Source: Macrostomum hystrix (Eukaryota; Animalia; Platyhelminthes). Taken from it: 64,000 nucleotides of DNA. A program made the position numbers and the translations under genes. A model generated the notes under the pieces. That model made no database searches. It was not told the DNA's origin and was given only the letters and a program-made list of their open reading frames with translations. Where the stretch lies: NCBI GenBank assembly GCA_950097015.1, contig CATNEN010000003.1, positions 9,424,001-9,488,000 on the forward strand, written 5' to 3'. Shown here one piece after another: positions 35,566 to 49,082 of this stretch. Positions within the stretch are counted from its first letter, which is position 1, and each line of letters starts with the position of its first letter.

Positions 35566-35827
35566 TTCGGCGCTCTGGGCCGCGCCGAAGCCTACTGCCC
35601 AGAGCCGCTGCAGGATGTCCTGCTGTGGACCTCGCAGGGACCGCGCAGGCGCGGCCAGGGACGAACAGCCCGCTATATTGACCGCCTTTTTGAAGACGCC
35701 CGAGCACCCAGCCAGGTGGCAGGCGTGAAGCACGTCAGAGACCTGGCACTGAAACGCGCGTTTTGACGCTCCCCCCTCTTGGCCACTTCTGTGGTCGGCG
35801 TGGAGTGTAACTATTATTATTATTATT
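35566..35827 (+). mobile_element. 5'-truncated non-LTR retrotransposon 3' end (RTE-like)
   Basis: GC-rich island translating RAEAYCPEPLQDVLLWTSQGPRRRGQGRTARYIDRLFED...*, which resembles the LLW-x-G-x-R-x-RG...Y-x-D C-terminus of RTE-type ORF2. A short 3' UTR and a (TAT)n tail follow. Confidence 0.7.
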
Positions 35828-37052
35828 ACATATATTAAGGTGATAAGTTCCTAGTTTCTCTTTTAGGAATTTATCACTTCCAGCAACTGCTGCAGGGTGC
35901 CCCAGTAATTAATACTTAATTAGCAGAAGTTGTAGATCTTACCTTCTTTGGTTTAGTGGTTCTCTTGTCTCTTACTCTCTCTTTGGTTGCTGCAGGTTTC
36001 GGGTGCTTTGATGCGCTTGGCTTCTGGTTGCCTTTCAGGTACCTGGATCGTTTGAATGCAAGAGAATTTAATTTTTTCTCCTTGTCTCGGTTGCGGTTAC
36101 ACTGGGCCAATAGTAATCTGCAGGTGTGGTATCTTCCTGATTCTGATTTAACGTTGATGTCGGTTAACCAATAGTCACTTGTGGAGTGTGTTCCTTCCTA
36201 CCAGCCCTGGTAGGTTTTACCACGAGTCTGGCGCTCACCCTTTGTAATATAATCAATGTTATCACACGTCTGTAATTACGCTTTAATCATTGGTTTAACG
36301 ATTACTCGGAGAGGTTTAACTTAGCTCAAGAACGACGCCTAATTAATAAAATAATTAATGAGGATAACTCAAGGAACTCCTACCACAAGTCTTGGACCTG
36401 GAGTCCAATCCACTTCAGATTCCTCTCTCCGTTTTCTCTTCTCGGCGAGACTCTGAATCTGGGCTCGCCTCGGAACTCTTGTATTTATAGAGAATCGGAC
36501 CCTCTCGGGTTCGATGAGTGCGTTTAAAGAACAGGTGTCAAAATGGTGTCAAAAAGTCTGGGTCAACGCTTGACAACTTGAGAGGTTGGACTTTTTTACA
36601 ACTAAACTAGTAGAAGCGCAAAAAGATGGATTATCGCTTTCTTCACCTTTTGATTGATTTTGGGTAACATGATTGGTGGGATCGCTGGTTGCCTATGACA
36701 TAACAATTGATTTGATACTATTAAAAGTATTCACATGATTTTTGATTGCTTCGATTCTCCTTTTTTGGTAAAATGAATCACATGCTGTACTTGTATGTTT
36801 TTGGTTCGCATTTTCTAAAAATACTACTAAGCGGATGAGTAGAGTAGTTAGCGCATGATTGGTTAAAATAAATAGTACCGTAATTCTGCACTCTACAAAG
36901 GTATTAAAAGGTAATACACGAATAATAACATAGAATATGAGCAGACTACATATATATCATATCATACATCACATGCATAATCTAGCTAAAACAAGGGCAA
37001 TCCAGAATCCAGAGTGAAACTAATATATGTTTAACGAATCCAAACGCTTCGC

Positions 37053-37570
37053 ATATTTAGTTGTGACTCGCAGGTACAAGGACCACTGTAGAAAATCTAC
37101 TGTAAAAATATAACTGTAGTTATACTTCAGTGGTCCTTGGTATAATAGTGATACAGGCAACGCTGTTCACGCACCGTGATCATACAAGGTTTTCAATTTA
37201 TCGAGTTCCGTAGCATGCCGGTAAAAAATGTCCGCGTTTAAACAAATTACACACAGGGCTACTAACAAAAACGCATATTTTTTTAATTAGCTAGTAAATT
37301 CGATTTTAAATATTTAGTTGTGACTCGCAGGTACAAGGACCACTGTAGAAAATCTACTGTAAAAATATAACTGTAGTTATACTTCAGTGGTCCTTGGTAT
37401 AATAGTGATACAGGCAACGCTGTTCACGCACCGTGATCATACAAGGTTTTCAATTTATCGAGTTCCGTAGCATGCCGGTAAAAAATGTCCGCGTTTAAAC
37501 AAATTACACACAGGGCTACTAACAAAAACGCATATTTTTTTAATTAGCTAGTAAATTCGATTTTAAATAT
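37053..37570. repeat. Perfect 257-bp direct tandem duplication
   Basis: 37054-37310 is repeated at 37311-37567. Confidence 0.95.
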
Positions 37571-38177
37571 AAGTAGATTTCTTACACACTTTTTTAAATA
37601 TCTTTGGTATTGTCTTTTCGCCCAGCAGAATAGTTTTTTTACCGCTTCGTAGAAAAATGTCAATAGCATGATCACTTTTTTGTATTATAGAGGCCTATTT
37701 CGCATCAAGGCCAGAGCAGGCTACAATTTATTATGATAATTTTTAAATAAGATAAATATTCGATTGATGCCCATGCCTCTATTAAAGTTCTAATCGATTT
37801 TCTATTCACAAACATTACCGCACTAAAAACCTTTCAATCGCCATGCTAAAATTGTCTTTATGTGGTATTCCTATTATATTGGGGTACTCACAAAAGCGGC
37901 CCATACTATAATAAGAAGAGTAATCTTCACAGGGGCCCCTAGACTATAATGATTTTTTGTATTTTTGGCTACCCAAACAAAAGTTTGCTTCTAAAAATAA
38001 AATTAATTAGACCTACCCTATTCACAATGTCGAGTCAGACCAGTCAGTCCTAATAAGTCTGGCATTCTTGTGATAGGGAGGCAATTACATAGAAAGTGGT
38101 TGTAAAAGAAGGAAATATATACTTCTCAATGCATCTCCCCAAAAAAACATAGTCTGAATCATGTTGGGTCCTTGAAT

Positions 38178-38521
38178 GGTCCCAGCTCATTTCGGTGACA
38201 AGACATTTCGGTGACAGCCATTTCGGTGACAACTCAAGTCGTTTCGGTGACAGAATTGGTCAGTTCGGTGACAACTATTCTTGCACCTGAATATGCTCAG
38301 AAAACAGCCGTCCATGTAAACTAATCATTATTATTCATCATTATTTAATAATACTTAATAGGTGTGCATAGTTCACATGGAAGGCTGTTTTCTAAGCACA
38401 TGGAACTGGAAGGCTGTTTCCTAAGCATATTCAGGTGCAAGAATAGTTGTCACCGAACTGACCCATTTTGTCACCAAAATGATGTCACCGAAATGTCTTG
38501 TCACCGAAATGACCTGGGACC
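38178..38521. mobile_element. Palindromic MITE / non-autonomous DNA transposon with subterminal repeats, 8-bp TSD
   Basis: Ends GGTCCCAG...CTGGGACC, ~135-bp inverted arms with repeated TTCGGTGAC/GTCACCGAA. TSD CCTTGAAT at 38170-38177 and 38522-38529. Confidence 0.92.
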
Positions 38522-39091
38522 CCTTGAATACATGCTAGAGAACAGAAAAATGACTTAAAGAGAATGCTAGAGTGCATGCTAAAATGCTTCTTTTGTTACA
38601 TTTAAGTAGTAATAAAAACTTTTAAGTTACAATTTAATGTAGAAAGTTGGACAAAAATTATGGCTAGTGAGTCATTTTTCTAGTTTCAACAACCTGTTAC
38701 TATTGATAATGCTACACCTGCAATATAAAACTATAATAAGGCTTATTATAATGTAGAATGTGCGCACTCAAAAAGTTGCTGATTTTTGTAAATTATATTT
38801 TTAACTGAAACTACAAGTAACAAACCATGGATACCAACCTTAAGCTGAATGCTTTGTAGTGTGCATGCCAATAATTCAGTGTGAGTGAGGCAAATGCATA
38901 CCAACCAATCATGCACACCTAATTTAGTAGGCAGCACCCATGCAGACCTGATTTTCTGGTAATATAGGCCTAGCTATTATGTGATCCTGACTATGGCTTT
39001 AGTCTAGATAGAGATTTATAAGCCTGCTTAAGCTAGAACTTTTTAATAGGCTTAAAGTTCAGGGAGATTGGGAATTATTATTTGATTATTT

Positions 39092-39165
39092 GAGGTTGTA
39101 GGAGGTTGTAGGCCTAGCCTAGTGGTTAGAGCATCAAACTGAACTTGAAGGCTGACGGTTCCATA
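39092..39165 (+). mobile_element. SINE family B head fragment
   Basis: GAGGTTGTAG...TAGCCTAGTGGTTAG...CTTGAAGG matches the head of the 31276-31579 element. Confidence 0.55.
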
Positions 39166-40977
39166 CACACAGTGCACAAAGTGTCTTACCTGGCACAGTC
39201 TATACTGTATTAACTTTTTAGTTTATATGTAAAAGTTGAAATACTTTGCTTTGCTGTTTTCAATTTAAATAGCACAAAAAGATTTTCAATTATGGAAATA
39301 TTACAAAATTATATATGTAAATAAAAAAATATTATGCCAATCATATTTTTAACTCAAAACAAAGAAGTAAAAAATACATAAAATAAAAATTTTTAAGGGG
39401 AAATAAAATATTTTTATTTACATTTTTTACATTTGTTTTGTCATTCACTTAGGTTTTGTGTTTGTTTTGTTTTTATTATTGCAATTTGAATAAATATTTT
39501 TAATTTCTACTTTTGGTTTAATTTTATCTCACTTTCTCATAATATAACCTATGTTAACCATAATAATCTGATCTCATATTGTGATTCTCATCTTGTCTCA
39601 TGTATGCCTATATTCTTTGAAATCCTGTACCATTGTAATTTAAAAAATATTATAGAGGGTAGGTCTTAGTGAGAATGTGATGTCATACAAAAAATGTTGC
39701 TATGCTATTTAAAAAGTGTTTTATTTTTGCAAGGCAGGTAGTGACATAAGTACACACAAGGGTTTTGTGTTGGTGCACGGCACACAATTTTGGGAAAGGC
39801 ACATTTTTTTCTAATGCACACTCTTCCACCTTCCTGACTATGACCTAGCTGTTAAATAGGTACTCAGCATGTTGTGGTAGGTGTTGCGTCTCCCATTCTA
39901 TGGACTAAATAGTTGTATGCAGCTTTCAGATACACTGTTTAATTACTGACTATGCAGTTTGCTGCATACCTGGCCTAATTTGGGCAGGTATGAACAAGTA
40001 TTAATAAATATTTGTTATTAAAAAATCTAACAAGCAGAGGATGCACTCGATCCTTCAATTCAAGCTGTAGGCCCATTAGACAGCTCACTGACCAAACTAG
40101 CCAACACTTAAGCTGATGGCTGGCTGTTGGCAATAGATATGGCATTTGCTGCTAAATCACAGAATCTTTAGACATCTTGAATTCTTTGCTCCGCTCACAT
40201 GTGCCTGTTAAAAAAACTTGAGTTAAGAATAGTGATGTGTGCCCATGACCTTTAGCTGCTGCTATGGCTGCTGTTCTATGAGTGGAGGTGGCTGGTGCAA
40301 CTTTCATAGTTGAGGTGGCACTATCAGAGCAATTGGCGGATTTACCGCATGTCTTCCAGCTAATTGAGACTTCTAGAACAGAAATGATGATACTGAGCTT
40401 GGCATTGGATGGATGATGAGTTTGAGTGGACAGTGGTAGCCAGGACTGCAACTGTTTTGTCAGCTTGCACTCATAAAATGGTCTCCCAATTGGCTTGCTG
40501 CACTGGCATTCACAGTCTTGACACATTCTATACACTTTTTTTGAATGATCCTGGTCCTTTAGCCTTGTGTGCCAATCTCTACAATGGTACATGTCAGACT
40601 GCTTGTGCCAACCAATCAGGATTTGGTCCACTCATGCAGTGATGCTTTAAACTGCTGTTCAGTCTGCTATAAATTTGCTCTACATGATATGGACAATTTG
40701 GCTTAACTCAAAACAATGTGACTTATGCTCTGAATCACTGTCCCTTTTTGTTCCCATGGGGAATAGGTCTGATTTTATTATTTTGTTTATAGCTCCCTTT
40801 TATGAATCACACAAATATAAGTTGTATAGCCTAATTATATATGAGATAACTCAAATATACTGAAAAATAGATCATGCATATAAATAGCCTAGCTGGCTAG
40901 ATAAAATTTACTTATAGTGTAGCTAGACTTTTCTAAAATAAAACACAATATAGAATTAACAATTTAATTACTTTATG

Positions 40978-41205
40978 CATACATGTGCAACCTCCCAAAT
41001 CTTAGCCGGCCATGCGACTTAGTTTGCTCTCATTTGCTCTCTTTTTCTCTCCCCTTTTTCCTTTTCTTCACACCTTCCTTTTTTGTCCCTTGGTCCCCCC
41101 TTTGGTTTTTTTGGGCTTGGTCGATTGGTTTTTGCGACTTACCTTGCTTGGCCCTCGTTTCACCCGGCCGGATCGACCAGGTCAGCCGGGTGTTGCGCAT
41201 GTAAG
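40978..41205. mobile_element. hAT-like MITE
   Basis: Imperfect TIRs CATACATGTGCAAC / GTTGCGCATGTAAG; direct repeat CTTTATGC on both sides. Confidence 0.6.
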
Positions 41206-41236
41206 CTTTATGCATGTGCAATGAGTGGGGCCTATG

Positions 41237-41497
41237 CATAGGCGTAGGAATGGGGGGGACAGTGGGGCCATGGCCCCCCCACTTTTTAAGTTGGGGGGGC
41301 CAGTAATGAGATCTGGCCCCCCACATTTTAAATGCAAAATGTTGACTTTTTGCTTATTTTTTACTATTTTTTACTATTTTTTACTGCAAGGGCAATATTG
41401 AAATAATAACAATTGTCATTTTTGAGATTTTTTCGGGGAAATGGATCCTCCCCTTGGCCTTGGCCCCCCCACTTTTTTAATCATTCCTACGCCTATG
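41237..41497. mobile_element. hAT-like MITE, 16-bp TIR, 8-bp TSD
   Basis: TIR CATAGGCGTAGGAATG / CATTCCTACGCCTATG, TSD GGCCTATG at 41229-41236 and 41498-41505, internal GGCCCCCC motifs. Confidence 0.92.
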
Positions 41498-41827
41498 GGC
41501 CTATGTAACTCATTTTTCTTATAAGCTTTTTAACAACAGTCAAATTTCAAATTGGTGATAGTGGATACCTTATTGAATTTATTGACAGCTCAAAATTAAA
41601 CAGTCAATTCACAATACATTGAGCTAAAGTGGTTCTTGCTCAGTTGTTAAGGTGTTAAAACTGAATTAGTCACATAATTATTAATTTACAAATAATTCCT
41701 ATAGTAAGACGTGTCACATCACATTTTATAATAATACTCGTAAAAATCTAAAAAACAATTATGCAACAAATAAAAACTGCCATTTCAGCAATTTCATTCA
41801 TTCTCCACATCTCAAATAAGCTGAGCA

Positions 41828-44431
<2,604 letters not shown>

Positions 44432-44549
44432 TTGATTGATTTATTGATTTATTGACTGCTTTGTCCATCGTTTTTTGTGTAATTTTTTACACAGGGGTTA
44501 CTTATGTTTATCACAAATTGGCTATCTATTTTTCTTACGTTCTTAGTCT

Positions 44550-46480
44550 TAGATCTACTGTGTGGGATCTCAGATCTACTGTGTGGGATCTCTGATCTAC
44601 TGTGTGGGATCTCTGATCCACTGTGTGGTATCTCAGATCTACTGTGTGGGATCTCTGATCCACTGTGTGGTATCTCAGATCTACTGTGTGGGATATTAGA
44701 TAAACTGTGTGGGATATTAGATCTACAGTGTGGGATCTCAGATCTACTGTGTGGGATATTAGATCTACAGTGTGGGATCTCTGATCTACTGTGTGGAATA
44801 TTAGATAAACTGTGTGGTATCTCAGATCTACTGTGTGGGACATTAGATAAACTATGTAGGATCTCTGATCTACTGTGTGGGATATTAGATAAACTATGTG
44901 GTATCTCAGATCTACTGTGTGGGATATTAGATAAACTGTGTGGTATCTCTGATCTACTGTGTGGGATCTCTGATCTACTGTGTGGGATCCCTGATCTACT
45001 GTGTAGGATCTCTGATCTACTGTGTGGGATCTCTAATCTACTGTGTGGGATCCCTGATCTACTGTGTGGGATCTCTGATCTACTGTGTGGGATCTCTGAT
45101 CTACTGTGTGGGATCTCTAATCTACTGTGTGGGATCCCTGATCTACTGTGTGGGATCTCTGATCTACTGTGTGGGATCTCAGATCTACAGTGTGGGATCT
45201 CTGATCTACTGTGTGGTATCTCAGATCTACTGTGTGGGATATTAGATAAACTGTGTGGGATATTAGATCTACAGTGTGGGATCTCAGATCTACTGTGTGG
45301 GATATTAGATCTACAGTGTGGGATCTCTGATCTACTGTGTGGAATATTAGATAAACTGTGTGGTATCTCAGATCTACTGTGTGGGACATTAGATAAACTA
45401 TGTGGGATCTCTGATCTACTGTGTGGGATATTATATAAACTGTGTGGTATCTCAGATCTACTGTGTGGGACATTAGATAAACTGTGTGGTATCTCAGATC
45501 TACTGTGTGGGATATTAGATAAACTGTGTGGGATCTCTGATCTACTGTGTGGGATCTCTGATCTACTGTGTGGGATCCCTGATCTACTGTGTGGGATCTC
45601 TGATCTACTGTGTGGGATCTCAGATCTACTGTGTGGGATCTCAGATCTACAGTGTGGGATCTCTGATCTACCGTGTAGGATCCCTGATCTACTGTGTGGG
45701 ATCCCTGATCTACTGTGTGGGATCCCTGATCTACTGTGTGGGATCCCTGATCTACTGTGTGGGATCTCAGATCTACAGTGTGGGATCTCAAATCTACAGT
45801 GTGGGATCTCTGATCTACCGTGTAGGATCCCTGATCTACTGTGTGGGATCTCTGATCTACTGTGTGGGATCCCTGATCTACTGTGTGGGATCTCTGATCT
45901 ACAGTGTGGGATCTCTGATCTACTGTGTGGGATCCCTGATCTACTGTGTGGGATCCCTGATCTACTGTGTGGGATCTCAGATCTACAGTGTGGGATCTCA
46001 AATCTACAGTGTGGGATCTCTGATCTACCGTGTAGGATCCCTGATCTACTGTGTGGGATCTCTGATCTACTGTGTGGGATCCCTGATCTACTGTGTGGGA
46101 TCTCAGATCTACAGTGTGGGATCTCAAATCTACAGTGTGGGATCTCTGATCTACCGTGTAGGATCCCTGATCTACAGTGTGGGATCTCTGATCTACTGTG
46201 TGGGATCTCAGATCTACTGTGTGGGATCTCAGATCTACAGTGTGGGATCTCTGATCTACCGTGTAGGATCCCTGATCTACTGTGTGGGATCCCTGATCTA
46301 CTGTGTGGGATCCCTGATCTACTGTGTGGGATCCCTGATCTACTGTGTGGGATCCCTGATCTACTGTGTGGGATCTCAGATCTACAGTGTGGTATCTCTG
46401 ATCCGCTGTGTGGGCTCTCTGATCTACAGTGTGGGATCTCTGATCTACTGTGTGGGATCCCTGATCTACTTTGTAGGATT
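44550..46480. repeat. 21-bp minisatellite (~90 copies) just downstream of p38
   Basis: Unit GATCTACTGTGTGGGATCTCT with variants. Confidence 0.96.
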
Positions 46481-48328
46481 CTACAGAGTGGGATCTTTGA
46501 TCTGTTGTATTTGATAAATAACTAAGGAGTTTAATCACATTTAAAATTTGCAATGTGGGATCATGCATCTAAATGTGTTTTTTTATCAAATTGCCTATCG
46601 CCTTAGTCACTGCGCAGTGAGTTTCAAAGCTATTTAGCTTCAATTTATTTGGCTTCAAATACTACTTATCGGTTCGTCATTTCAGTAGTACAGTTTGTGG
46701 TTTTGGATTTTTCTGCAAATGCCATTAGTTACTGGCCTTCGCAAAGCCTAAAATAGATGTGCTTTTGTCTTATTTTATTAGTTTCCTCCAAGAAATTGCT
46801 CTTGCACAAATTGTCGCAGTCTACACCGGTTGCCTAAACTATATTACTGTCAATAGTGTTTCGCAAATTGCAGTACAAGTTAACCCGGGTCGATACTAGT
46901 TTTGGGGGGTGTCAGACATGTGTTTATTTTTTTAGAATATTTTATGTAAAAATGTTATGTTTTAGTTAAGTATTAAATTATATTATATCATGTAAAATGT
47001 AACTATTAATTATGACAATTAGGCACCATTTGTTTATACTTTGCGTGTTTTGCTAAATATTCAACTTCTGATTCTATTAGCTTATCTGTTTCAGGTTGGC
47101 CTTCATTTTTACTAATTGTCGGAGGATTCTAAAAAAATGGCGCAGTCTCAAAAGAGTATTTTTAAGTGCTCCAAAAATTTCAATTTTTTTTTTCAATAGA
47201 ATCTGTAAGAATGATTTGTGGTTCAGTGTCTTTTCTACAATATTATCCGCTTCTCGTAGATTAAAAATACTTTATGATATTCTCAGCCCCTCTTGTATTG
47301 CTGCGGCTTATTTATTTGTTGAATGTGCTTCTCTAAATTTCTTAAAAACCTATGACATTTTGCTGGGCATATCACTGTGCTGAAAGGCTTATTATAATAG
47401 CTTTTAAATCTATACTACTTCATGTGCATGCAGAGTAGTATATTATTAGGTAGCGCAAAGTTGTGCTAAATCATTTATTCGGCACCAAAATGTTTCCCAA
47501 TCACTCTCTTTATTATCAAATTCAAGTTAAATTATTCTCTTTTTTTGTACGCACAATATTAAATCATAAAATAGTGAAATTACAGTCTGCTACTTAGTGA
47601 GGCGTATATCATATACATATTGATATTTGTTGATAGTTTTTCTGATCGGCCGTTTTTATTGTTGTGATAAATTCTTAGCTTCGAAAAATGACCAACCAAA
47701 TTGGTGTAAAATGTTTTCTTTTTCACTTCTTTAAAATATTCTCCGTCTAGATAAAGGTCGGTGACCGCCGAAGACGGAGATTATGCAGGCACATTCGGGT
47801 GACATGCTGATAAAGTTTGAAGGTCTGGAAATGCCGCACTGAGGCGCAGTGCAAATTCGTGTATAGGGGTGTATGAAATACACTAGCTCTTATGGGAAAA
47901 ATCGGACCTTCGGCCAGAAACATTGAATATCTCGACGGTCTGAAGAGCTGGTAACTTGTTTCTTGTTTCAGAAGATGCGCAACAAAAAGTTGGCCCGTGT
48001 TCTTGGTGTGCTTGCATTGTTCCGTTCGGGTGCAGAGAAAAAATTGTCAGGGGGGGGGCAAAATTCCCCCCTCCTTGGTATAAAAACGGGCGGCAAAATG
48101 GCTTGGTACTACTGATAACCACTAGTCTACTACAAAGTTCTTGTCCCACATTTCTAGCTTACCATATGGTGAGCAGAAAATGTATGCCTATATTGGAGAA
48201 TTTTGTCAATGGACATCCTAGGAGAATCGTTGAATATCTCGACGATGCCATGTTCTGCGATTCTGGAAATTGTTTTATCGGATAGAGCGGAACATTTTAG
48301 CCCGTGTTTTTTTGACTTTCATGGCCAT

Positions 48329-48372
48329 TGAATGTGGCCTCGCCGCGAATTCGAGCTCAGGTACCTCGGTTT
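48329..48372 (-). mobile_element. SINE family A internal fragment
   Basis: TGAATGTGGCCTCGCCGCGAATTCGAGCTCAGGTACCT matches 27902-27939. Confidence 0.6.
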
Positions 48373-49082
48373 CATCAATTGCACCTGAGAACCTCGGAGA
48401 CGTCGAAGCTGGCGACGTTTTTGTGGCGCTGAATTTAGAAACACAGTTTCTAGCTTCTGTAAGCTGGTTTGGGACGTACAAATGAAGATTAAGTGCTCAG
48501 AGGGTCAAGTTACAACTATGCTAGTTTATAGTAGATTCCATTTTGCATTCTAGTTTAGACCTGCTCCTCTGCACTAACGTGTTGAGTGAGTGTAATACTG
48601 CCTGAGTATTTTCTACTTCCGGATAGAGCAGACTCTGCATGACAATATATGTGAAGCGTTTAGTAAAATATTTTTATCTATATGTAGCCCTATAGCCCAA
48701 AATGCAATTGGTTGATTTTTGCCAAACTTCTATTTCGCTTTGCAAACAGTTTCCTAGCTCACGCAATGGCTGCTGCTGGGGCTGCTGCTGCTGCTTATCT
48801 CGCCAATGTGCTGATTGGACGCGGCTAGCAGCAGCAGGAAGGGAGAGAAAAATACGCCCCAACGTGGCTTCCCTTGTTTAAAAGTGACCATGCGGCACTT
48901 GTTGCACTCACTTATTTCCTTTCTCTAATCAGCCCTTCTCAAGCAGACTTCACCTCCGCCCGATTCTCTTGAATCTAAAAAACTGGCAATAAGGTTTTCA
49001 TTGCTGATTTCAAAAGCAATTCGAAGTTCTTAGCAATCGGCTTGGGTTAAACCCCTAGCTGACGCATTAGATCAACATCGAG

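Noticed and set aside
46875-46900. Helitron-like 3' end (CCCGGG...CTAGT)
   Set aside because: No convincing subterminal hairpin, 5' end or second copy.
48800-48895. CLEAR/TFEB element upstream of the MFSD8-like gene
   Set aside because: The nearest match is CAACGTGG, not GTCACGTGAC; only generic CCAAT motifs are present.
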